Made by a program: the position numbers and the translations under genes. Below, piece by piece: positions 24,965-32,371 of a stretch of 32,371 bases of DNA. The notes under the pieces were generated by a model, which ran no database searches, was not told the origin of the DNA, and saw only the letters and a program-made list of their open reading frames with translations. The stretch is from a virus (Duplodnaviria > Caudoviricetes), in IMG/VR virus record IMGVR_UViG_3300042922_001470, positions 1-32,371 of that record; one strand, 5' to 3'. How positions within the stretch are numbered: the stretch's first letter is position 1; each line of letters starts with the position of its first letter.

Positions 24965-25396
24965 CTAAAATGGAATATCCTCATCATCCGTTACTTGAAA
25001 GAAATCTTCTCCGCCGAAGAACTCTTCTGCATCTACTGGCTTACCGCTTGTCTGCTTTGCTTGCCCCACAAACTCAATCCTGTCTGCTATGACATCAGTT
25101 GTGTATCTCTTTTCACCTGTTTGAGTTGTGTAACTTCCTGTATTGATTCTGCCGTGTACAGCACATTGACTTCCTTTGTTGAGATAATTTGCACAGTTTT
25201 CTGCTTGCTTGCCAAACACTGTAATACTTATAAAGTCTGCAGTTTGCTTGCCTTGTGCAGCTGCTTCTTGCTTCTTGTCTTTACTCATTTCTCTGTCTAC
25301 TGCCAAGTTGAATTTTGCTACAGCCATACCTGTTGAAGGTATGAATTTTAATTCTGGATCTCTGACTAATCTTCCGGTTAATACAGTACTATTCAT
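24965..25396 (-). CDS. ssb: Single-stranded DNA-binding protein
   Basis: LTGRLVRDPEL, ADFI and acidic tail DDEDIPF. Confidence 0.97.
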   Translation of the reverse strand: MNSTVLTGRLVRDPELKFIPSTGMAVAKFNLAVDREMSKDKKQEAAAQGKQTADFISITVFGKQAENCANYLNKGSQCAVHGRINTGSYTTQTGEKRYTTDVIADRIEFVGQAKQTSGKPVDAEEFFGGEDFFQVTDDEDIPF

Positions 25397-25699
25397 TTAT
25401 TCTTCCTCCTCAAAATAACAACTAATGTCTTCACCAACAAATGAATCTAACACATTACATATACCTTCAATGAATTGTCGAGTATAATCATCAATGAAAT
25501 CTTGTAGATTACAAATTTCTTCCCCATCCCATTCGATACCACATTCATCTGGCGATAACATGTATTCGCCCATACTCTCGTGTTTCAATAAATTCGTTTT
25601 ATTAGCAAGTTCACCTTTAAATTCTTCAATATCCCAAAATTCTTGTTCTTCGTCTAAAAATATTTTTACTGCCTGCAATGTTTTTTTATTTGCTTTCAT
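25397..25699 (-). CDS. Acidic hypothetical protein
   Basis: GGAGG SD; contiguous with ssb. Confidence 0.7.
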   Translation of the reverse strand: MKANKKTLQAVKIFLDEEQEFWDIEEFKGELANKTNLLKHESMGEYMLSPDECGIEWDGEEICNLQDFIDDYTRQFIEGICNVLDSFVGEDISCYFEEEE

Positions 25700-26282
25700 A
25701 ATTTTCCTCCTTTTTCATTCTCTCACGTATCTTCATGATTTCTTTTCCAATACCCTCATAATTCTCTTTCCTGTGCAGACTTCTTTCAGCTGAAAAGCCT
25801 TCTGGATATCTTTCTCTTAGCTTGTCTATGTTCATTTGCATAATAGTCTCTAAATTGTAGCCTATGCCGTCTGTAAGTAGTGCTATGTACCAGTATATGT
25901 CTCCGAGCTCTTTTGCCAAATGCTTTCTGTCTAGTTCATGCCCCTGGTACTTGAATTTCTTTATGTGGTCCGCTACTTCGCCGGACTCCCCGGAAAGTCC
26001 TAAAGAGCCATTTGTAATTTTCTCAATCGGATCTTCCATTGCTGTAGTGTTTGCAGTTCTTAATGCAAGCTTTTGATACTCGTTTGGTGTCAATCCCCAG
26101 TTGTTTGATTTAAGGTGTTCACAGTACATTAATCCATCAATCAATTCTTCTTCCAGGTATGTAATGCGTTCATCCTTTGTCATTTTGACGTTTTCTTCAA
26201 GTATTTGACCGTACTTGTTAATTCCTTTATCTGTTTGTTTTTGTTGTAGCTTACATATATTTTCCCAGTATGTTTGATTCAT
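25686..26282 (-). CDS. MazG-like NTP pyrophosphohydrolase with extra N-terminal domain
   Basis: LGLSGESGEVADHIKK, ELGDIYWY and NIDKLRERYPEGF. Confidence 0.88.
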   Translation of the reverse strand: MNQTYWENICKLQQKQTDKGINKYGQILEENVKMTKDERITYLEEELIDGLMYCEHLKSNNWGLTPNEYQKLALRTANTTAMEDPIEKITNGSLGLSGESGEVADHIKKFKYQGHELDRKHLAKELGDIYWYIALLTDGIGYNLETIMQMNIDKLRERYPEGFSAERSLHRKENYEGIGKEIMKIRERMKKEENYESK

Positions 26283-26301
26283 TTTTTATTGCCTCCTTTT
26301 T

Positions 26302-27186
26302 CTATCCTAATTTGTGATTGTATTCTTCAAACCTATCCGTTGAACGAAATATAATTTTATTATTAACCCACCTCTGCAAATATCTTGTTTCTTGTGGAGC
26401 ATTATATTTGTCATAAATCATTATGTATGGGTCATAATCAAGTTCTTTAATTTTATAGACTCTTTCTAAATCCTGCTCATGCGTTGTATTAAAGTTAGTC
26501 AATACATATACTTTTAATTTTCGATATCCAAAATTTAATTGAGGTCTAAACTTCTTCAACCTTTCATACGTTTTAAATTCATAGTTATCCCATGCAAAAT
26601 GTATAACTTCAAGGTTTAATTTATTTATCATATAGGCTTTTTCATCAGTCATGCACCGAATATCTAACCCTTGTGTAAAATCAATTTTTGCTTTGCAATT
26701 AATCAATTGTTTAAGTAGCTCTATAGAATCTTTACATGCAAGTAAATTTGGGTCTAACAATTTAATTATTTTTTGTTTATTCCAAAATTGGCCTAGGTCT
26801 GCTACCTGAACGCTTTTTAACCCTTCTTTCTCGCCTACTACGCAGAACTCACATCCTCTCGGACAACCTCTAGTTAAAAATCCGTATGCTTCATAAAATT
26901 GAGGGTATAAAGTATAATCCGGATATACGCTTTCAATATTTACATTAAGCTTGTTTTTCAGGTCATATCCAGTGCCACCTGCTATAATTTCATCAGCTTG
27001 AATACAATGAATCATATTTTTTGTATATGTGCTGTCAAATACTTTTGACATATAAACTCTGTCGTATTCTTCTAGTCCATTCCACCAATCAACATTGTCA
27101 CCTTTCGATTTATGCCATGCTGATATTTTCATTAATGCTAAATTAGGGAAATTGTGAGAATCAACATCAATTAATCCTATTTTCAT
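26302..27186 (-). CDS. Radical SAM protein
   Basis: TRGCPRGCEFC (CxxxCxxC); N-terminal FPNLALMKIS segment. Confidence 0.88.
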   Translation of the reverse strand: MKIGLIDVDSHNFPNLALMKISAWHKSKGDNVDWWNGLEEYDRVYMSKVFDSTYTKNMIHCIQADEIIAGGTGYDLKNKLNVNIESVYPDYTLYPQFYEAYGFLTRGCPRGCEFCVVGEKEGLKSVQVADLGQFWNKQKIIKLLDPNLLACKDSIELLKQLINCKAKIDFTQGLDIRCMTDEKAYMINKLNLEVIHFAWDNYEFKTYERLKKFRPQLNFGYRKLKVYVLTNFNTTHEQDLERVYKIKELDYDPYIMIYDKYNAPQETRYLQRWVNNKIIFRSTDRFEEYNHKLG

Positions 27187-27198
27187 TTTTTCCCCTTT

Positions 27199-27978
27199 CT
27201 ACATTCTGAATTTTTCTCGTTTTCTTGCTGCTATCTCTTCCAGGTCTGCTTCAGTCTTCTTTCCAATCTTTTGGTCGAAGTTATGAAAGCTGTTTGGCTT
27301 TTGCTGTGGTTTATCTGTCTTAATTGGCTCTTTCCTTTGCCAGTTCAATATAGTTGCGTAATCGCTTTTATATTGCTTGCCTGTTGATGCTTTGTAATTG
27401 TCGAGCCTGCTTATAAAGTCATTTGTTACTGCTTGGCCTAGCTTTTCTATAAGCTTTTGATACTCTTCTTCTAAGAGTGATACTTTTTCAAATTCACCGT
27501 ATTTTATTTTTTTTGGTTTTGAAGGAGTAATATCTTTTATAGACTTATCTATACTATCCTTACCTAACCTAACCTGTGTCTCCAAACTGTATCCATCTTG
27601 TAAACATTCTGTATCCAACATTTTAAAAACCTCTGATTTCAATGTGTATGCCTTATTCTCTTTAACATCCAATAAATTTTTTTCATCTTGATATACCGTT
27701 TCTTTATATCTGTCTTTTTGGATGTAGTTATGTAGCTTCCAATGCTTTATTACCACTATTCCGCTTTCAAATGGTATGATAAATCGCTTAGAAATCAATA
27801 GTTTTAAATCATCATCATTGCAACTTATCATCTTTTGTATTTTTCTAGGATTGTTTATAAAACCGTCATCATCAGCTCTCATTGATAAATGGAAGTACAA
27901 ACATTGTGTTGAAAGTGGCATATCGAGAAATGCATCACTGTCTATAATTGTTTTTGCGAACATTCTACGTTCTGCCAT
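27199..27978 (-). CDS. Phage replication initiator / replisome organizer
   Basis: MAERRMFAKTIIDSDAFLDMPLSTQCLYFHL; C-terminal YKSDYATILNW. Confidence 0.85.
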   Translation of the reverse strand: MAERRMFAKTIIDSDAFLDMPLSTQCLYFHLSMRADDDGFINNPRKIQKMISCNDDDLKLLISKRFIIPFESGIVVIKHWKLHNYIQKDRYKETVYQDEKNLLDVKENKAYTLKSEVFKMLDTECLQDGYSLETQVRLGKDSIDKSIKDITPSKPKKIKYGEFEKVSLLEEEYQKLIEKLGQAVTNDFISRLDNYKASTGKQYKSDYATILNWQRKEPIKTDKPQQKPNSFHNFDQKIGKKTEADLEEIAARKREKFRM

Positions 27979-28513
27979 TTGTCCAAGCTCCTTTCATTAC
28001 CTCTAATTCTGCAGGAGTTAGAGTTGATATCTTAAGTTCTTTGCATTCGCTCACTATTCCGTCTATAAGAATGCTCATTTGCTTTGTATCGTATTCGCTT
28101 GAGCCCATGAACACTTTTATGTGCTTGAACATTTTACCGTTCAGTTCAGACTCTCCAAACTCTTCATAATATTTAACTGATCTCATAAATAAATCAGCTG
28201 CAGGTTCTACTACTGATACAACACTGCTCTGGCCATATCTTTTGAGCATCTTCAAATAGATTTCATCCTTTGAAGTCCTTAAAACATCTGCAATCTCTGT
28301 ACAGAGCTTCCAAGTGTATGAGTTGGCATTAAGGCTTCTTTTTTTATGATATTTGTCTATCTTAGCTGCTTTTAAACAATCTTCTTGGAGCAATTCATTA
28401 AGTAACTCAATGATATGCTTTTCTTCTTTTGGTACTTCAAGAGTGATTTCAAAACCACCCTTGAAGTCTTGTGTTATTTTGCCTTTTGTAAAAGTAAGTT
28501 CTATTTTAATCAC
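27965..28513 (-). CDS. NinB-like recombination protein
   Basis: KRSLNANSYTWKLC..IA and GSSEYDTKQMSILID..C.ELKI.TL. Confidence 0.65.
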   Translation of the reverse strand: MIKIELTFTKGKITQDFKGGFEITLEVPKEEKHIIELLNELLQEDCLKAAKIDKYHKKRSLNANSYTWKLCTEIADVLRTSKDEIYLKMLKRYGQSSVVSVVEPAADLFMRSVKYYEEFGESELNGKMFKHIKVFMGSSEYDTKQMSILIDGIVSECKELKISTLTPAELEVMKGAWTNGRT

Positions 28514-28517
28514 CTAC

Positions 28518-29558
28518 CTATTCGCCATAAAATAAACTTGTCTGTGTTTTCTCGTTTTCGATTCGTTTTGCAGCTATATCAATATATTTAACATTTAATT
28601 CGAAACCTATATATTTTTTATTATGTCGCTTTGCTACTAATCCAACTGTTCCACTTCCCATAAAAGGATCTAAAACTATACCACCTACCCTGCATCCTGC
28701 TAATATACATGGCTCGATTAAATCAGGTGGGAATGTTGCAAAATGTGCTTCTTTAAAAGGTTTCGTCGATACAGTCCAAACATCACGTTTATTCCTTTTT
28801 GGTCTATAATCATATGCATTTCCTGGTTTTGTCCTATAAAAAGCCTCCGGATTTTCAGTGTACTTCTTACCACCATATCTTGGTTTTACTACTTTCATGT
28901 TTCCATTTGTTTTCCCGGGAATTCTGCTTGAGCCTTCCTGAGATTCAACATCTTGCGATAGTCTTTTAATTGTGCTTTCGGTCGCTGGCTCAGCAATTGC
29001 TTCTGCATCAAAATAATATTGAGCGTTTTTTGATAGAAGAAATATATATTCATGACTTTTAGTACATCTATCTTTTACACTTTCAGGCATTGGATTAGTC
29101 TTAGCCCAAATAATGTCTTGTCTTAAATACCAACCGTCAGCCTGTAATGCAAATGCTACTCGCCACGGAATACCTATCAAATTTTTAGGCTTGTAATTTA
29201 TATTGCTAGATTTTATTGTTTTAATTGCACCAAGCATTCCTTTGTTGCTTCCTTGTTTGTATTTTTTAGCATTTTCAGGATATGCTGCGCCTCCTTTTCC
29301 GCTTCCCGAATAACTATCACCTAAGTTAAGCCATAACGTTCCATCGTCTTTTAGCACTCTTTTTACTTCTCGAAATACTTCAACTAAATTATTTACATAT
29401 TCTTCAGGAGTGTCTTCTAATCCCAGTTGTTCTTCAACGCCATAATCCCTTAATCCCCAGTAAGGCGGAGAGGTTACACAGCAATCAACAGAACAGTCAT
29501 CAAGTATTTTTAGTCCATCCATGCAATCCATGTTGTATAATTTATTAAGTTCTAACAT
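28518..29558 (-). CDS. Beta-class amino-DNA methyltransferase (N4-C/N6-A)
   Basis: TSPPY catalytic motif before DPFMGSGT; HFATFP. Confidence 0.93.
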   Translation of the reverse strand: MLELNKLYNMDCMDGLKILDDCSVDCCVTSPPYWGLRDYGVEEQLGLEDTPEEYVNNLVEVFREVKRVLKDDGTLWLNLGDSYSGSGKGGAAYPENAKKYKQGSNKGMLGAIKTIKSSNINYKPKNLIGIPWRVAFALQADGWYLRQDIIWAKTNPMPESVKDRCTKSHEYIFLLSKNAQYYFDAEAIAEPATESTIKRLSQDVESQEGSSRIPGKTNGNMKVVKPRYGGKKYTENPEAFYRTKPGNAYDYRPKRNKRDVWTVSTKPFKEAHFATFPPDLIEPCILAGCRVGGIVLDPFMGSGTVGLVAKRHNKKYIGFELNVKYIDIAAKRIENEKTQTSLFYGE

Positions 29559-29567
29559 TTACCCTCC

Positions 29568-29843
29568 TTATCGGTAATTCTTTTTAAAGATTTTCATAAA
29601 CTCTTCAAATGAAAAGTTCTTTTCAAATTCGATCTGTGCAAGCTGCATGATGTGTCTGTCAAGTTCTGTGTTTTTATTGTGAAGCTCATTATGGCAATCG
29701 AAACACAACGGAACTGTTAATCTAAACTTATCAGCTTGTTTTCTGTTTGCTGTACCATGGAAGCAATGATGCTCTTGCAGGTTTTGAGTTGTGCCACATA
29801 CAAAGCAATGTTCCAGGTCTGCTGTTACTAAACTACTTTTCAT
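29568..29843 (-). CDS. Small HNH-like zinc protein
   Basis: CFVC, EHHCF and VPLCFDCHNELH. Confidence 0.7.
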   Translation of the reverse strand: MKSSLVTADLEHCFVCGTTQNLQEHHCFHGTANRKQADKFRLTVPLCFDCHNELHNKNTELDRHIMQLAQIEFEKNFSFEEFMKIFKKNYR

Positions 29844-30991
29844 ACTTCACCATCATCAACAACAGCGTAATCAATGCCGTTGTCCTTTAAAAACTTAGAC
29901 ACACTTAACAATTGACCATGTTTTCCAACAATTCTATAAACAGCATAGTATTTAGGTTCTTCCTGAATCGACTCAAATATTGGCTCTTTTATAGGTTCAG
30001 GAGTTGGCTCCATTACCGGCTCAGGTTGTTTCACTGGTTCAGGTATCGGTTCCGGAATTATTTCCGGCATTGGCTCAGGTATTGGAGGATTCTCAGCTTC
30101 ATATATCCTGCTTGCAGAAAGCTTTATTTCACCTATAACATCTTTCGTTGTCATGCCTCTGTCTATGTATCTCTTGAAGTCATCAAACTTCATTTTATGG
30201 TTGATTCTTTCGTTCTCTGAATCAATTACATCTTTGATTATGTCAATCAGTTCATTTTCTCTGTCCTGTTCAACTTTTAATGTCATTGCCTTTGAAATCA
30301 AATCTTCCTTGACCTCATTTGATTTCGTTGTTAGATTGCAATACTTGTCCAAAATCTCAAGTCTATCAGCATACTTTTCATTAAGACCGTATTCAGCTGC
30401 AACTTCCTTTGCGAGTTCTATAGCTTGATTTCTCTTCAAGTCTCTCTTCTGGTCATCAAATACTTTTATTCCTTCTTTGATTGGCTGCTCTGCCTGCTCA
30501 ATCAAGCCTATCAATTCCTTGCATTGATTTTCAAATTCTGTTATCGGCTTTGAGAGGTCTTTCTTCTTGTCTTTTCTGTAGTTATCTATTTTCACCCTCA
30601 AGCTTGCCAGATCCTTTTGTTTTGACTTGCAGGAAGACAAGCTTTGCTCTGTTACTACAATTCCCTGGTATTCTGTTAAGGTACCTTGAAGAGCAGATTT
30701 CATCTCTTCAAAGTTGATTTTAATCACTGGAAGAACTTCTTTTTTAACTTTGAACTCTAATGTAGGCATTTCTTCCGTTTCAGTTTCATCAGCAAGACCT
30801 TTAATTGTCTTGATTTCAAATTCGCATTTTTCTTCAGGTAAGTTTATTTCATCAACAATTAAAATCTTGTCCTTGCCTGCCATGTCAGCAACTACCAAAT
30901 CACCAACATTAACATCTATTTCGCTCTTGTATGTGTAAGACCTTCCTTTAGGCTGTCCGTTGTCATCTATTACTTTAACTTTTATTATCAT
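29840..30991 (-). CDS. DUF1351-like coiled-coil protein with Pro/Glu linker
   Basis: IKINFEEMK, LASLRVKIDNYRKDKKK and C-terminal FLKDNGIDY. Confidence 0.75.
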   Translation of the reverse strand: MIIKVKVIDDNGQPKGRSYTYKSEIDVNVGDLVVADMAGKDKILIVDEINLPEEKCEFEIKTIKGLADETETEEMPTLEFKVKKEVLPVIKINFEEMKSALQGTLTEYQGIVVTEQSLSSCKSKQKDLASLRVKIDNYRKDKKKDLSKPITEFENQCKELIGLIEQAEQPIKEGIKVFDDQKRDLKRNQAIELAKEVAAEYGLNEKYADRLEILDKYCNLTTKSNEVKEDLISKAMTLKVEQDRENELIDIIKDVIDSENERINHKMKFDDFKRYIDRGMTTKDVIGEIKLSASRIYEAENPPIPEPMPEIIPEPIPEPVKQPEPVMEPTPEPIKEPIFESIQEEPKYYAVYRIVGKHGQLLSVSKFLKDNGIDYAVVDDGEV

Positions 30992-31000
30992 TACATCCTC

Positions 31001-31786
31001 CTATAGACCTAAGTCTTTCTTTTGTTTTGTTGGTACTTTTTCAAGTCTTGTCATCAGCTTTTTCCACTGCTCTAGTTTCAATTCTGATAATGCCTGGATG
31101 CTGTATTCCTTACAAATTTGAGCTGTTCTTACACCGGTTCTTTTCAGTTCAGCCTCTAAAGTTCCTAACTGGATTCTGTCAATTACCTTATCGTTAATAG
31201 CTTGTACATCTTCATCTGGTAATTCGTTTGGTACTTCTACTGGCTTTGAAGTCTGATTTTCAACTGGTGCAAATTTTGAATACAATGTAGCACCTTTAGA
31301 GTCTTTTATTACCAAGCCTGTAATTTCTCGTTTATGTTCCGTCTCTTTATACCTGATATCTGAAACATAAGCTCCGCTAAACTGATAAGGATTAACTAAT
31401 TCGTGTCCCTTACCGCCCTGCTTTGGTTGTGTAGCGCAAGAAACAAATGTAAATCCTGCTGTATAAAGCTCTCTGCCTATTCCTACATTGAAAGCGGCTC
31501 TTTTAAAGCTGTCTGAAGCTTCTCCTTTTTCCTTTTCAGTGAAAGATTCAGTTCCGCAATCCCATTTCCAAACCCATTCTTCAATATCTCTGTTCCAAAT
31601 ACCTATACCGCAGTATAGATTGCCGTTTATAACCTCATGTTTTCTCTGCCATCCTTCAGGTCCGTATGTTTCATCGAGAATGTTCATATCACATCTGGCA
31701 TCTTTATAAAGGAGTAACGAAACACCTTTTGCCGTTACTGTTCCTACTCTTACATCTATTTCATCTGGTCGTAATCCTCTAAACAT
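31001..31786 (-). CDS. Sak/Rad52-like single-strand annealing protein
   Basis: LLLYKDARCDMNILDE and EKGEASDSFKRAAFNVGIGRELY. Confidence 0.82.
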   Translation of the reverse strand: MFRGLRPDEIDVRVGTVTAKGVSLLLYKDARCDMNILDETYGPEGWQRKHEVINGNLYCGIGIWNRDIEEWVWKWDCGTESFTEKEKGEASDSFKRAAFNVGIGRELYTAGFTFVSCATQPKQGGKGHELVNPYQFSGAYVSDIRYKETEHKREITGLVIKDSKGATLYSKFAPVENQTSKPVEVPNELPDEDVQAINDKVIDRIQLGTLEAELKRTGVRTAQICKEYSIQALSELKLEQWKKLMTRLEKVPTKQKKDLGL

Positions 31787-31795
31787 AGCAGCCTC

Positions 31796-32371
31796 CTATT
31801 CTTCAACTTCAACAAACTTGTTATTTCCCAATGTGTAGAAAATGTTAGCTTTAATTCTCTTTCCATCCACTTTGGCAGACTTAACATTCTTAATATGCCA
31901 ATCCCAGTTATCATCCTGCTCCCATTCTGCAAGCACTATGTAACAACCTAATGCGCCTTTAGCTTTGCTCTCTACACCCATGGCCATTGCGATGCTTTCT
32001 TTACCCTCTACGATTGCTGCACTTTGGTATCCTGTGTTAGTGGCTGCACTTTGGTCTCCTGTGTTAGTGGCTGCACTTTGGTCTCCTGTGTTAGTGGCTG
32101 CACTGCGGTATCCTGTGTTAGTGGCTGCACTGCGGTATCCTGTGTTAGTGGCTGCACTTTGGTTTCCTGTGTTAGTGGCTGCACTGCGGTATCCTGTGTT
32201 AGTGGCTGCACTTTGGTCTCCTGTGTTAGTGGCTGCACTGCGGTCTCCTGTGTTAGTGGCTGCACTTTGGTCTCCTGTGTTAGTGGCTGCACTGCGGTCT
32301 CCTGTGTTAGTGGCTGCACTTTGGTCTCCTGTGTTAGTGGCTGCACTGCGGTCTCCTGTGTTAGTGGCTGC
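31796..32371 (-). CDS. Phage repeat protein (SAATNTGxx repeats), 5'-partial
   Basis: The frame of ORF 31796-31987 stays open to the window edge: (SAATNTG[DYN][QR])n SAAIVEGKESIAMAMGVESKAKG..VDGKRIKANIFYTL. Confidence 0.85.
   Translation of the reverse strand, partial: AATNTGDRSAATNTGDQSAATNTGDRSAATNTGDQSAATNTGDRSAATNTGDQSAATNTGYRSAATNTGNQSAATNTGYRSAATNTGYRSAATNTGDQSAATNTGDQSAATNTGYQSAAIVEGKESIAMAMGVESKAKGALGCYIVLAEWEQDDNWDWHIKNVKSAKVDGKRIKANIFYTLGNNKFVEVEE
32016..32371. repeat. 27-bp coding tandem repeat, 13 full copies plus a partial copy, truncated by the window
   Basis: Unit GCTGCACT-(TT/GC)GGT(A/C/T)-TCCTGTGTTAGTG. Confidence 0.97.

Larger units (their letters stand above)
650..32371 (-). 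mobile_element. Temperate siphovirus prophage (HK97-type head, non-contractile tail); continues beyond the right edge
   Basis: Co-oriented replication, packaging, head, tail and lysis modules in canonical order. The left boundary is approximate. Confidence 0.95.

Noticed and set aside
32008-32346. ORF-track protein (QPLTQETKV)n
   Set aside because: Shadow frame of the repeat; the SAATNTG frame joins the conserved C-terminal domain.
32016-32371. CRISPR array
   Set aside because: No unique spacers; the 27-bp period is in-frame coding; no cas genes.
32016-32371. DGR-type adenine mutagenesis (each variable site has an A allele on the coding strand)
   Set aside because: Other adenines in the unit are invariant, alleles recur identically, and I saw no reverse transcriptase or TR/VR pair in the window.

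Overview
Almost the whole window (~650-32371) is one lambda/HK97-like temperate siphovirus prophage in an AT-rich Clostridia-like host, transcribed on the minus strand. From the right end it runs: recombination/replication genes (27-bp-repeat protein, Sak/Rad52-like, DUF1351-like, NinB-like, replication initiator, SSB, RusA), DNA-modification genes (beta-class amino-MTase, radical SAM, MazG-like, C5 MTase), late activator, HNH/cos/terminase, HK97-type head, short non-contractile tail, a plus-strand HAD-IIA moron and lysis genes. After lysis comes a module of RHH-like regulator, membrane protein, FtsK-type ATPase and replication-relaxation nuclease. A probable host family-4 uracil-DNA glycosylase closes the left end, next to a likely att junction. 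Integrase and repressor lie outside the window. Main highlights: (1) the post-lysis FtsK/relaxase module, with a sigE/sigG-like promoter and an inverted-repeat cluster, a candidate system for moving phage DNA during sporulation; (2) a C5 MTase with a nested alternative-frame EcoHK31I-beta-like ORF and four tandem TRD-like modules; (3) an M23 + phosphodiester-glycosidase endolysin; (4) a pseudoknot-capable RNA between two terminators in the late leader. All family calls come from motif recognition and synteny, not database searches.
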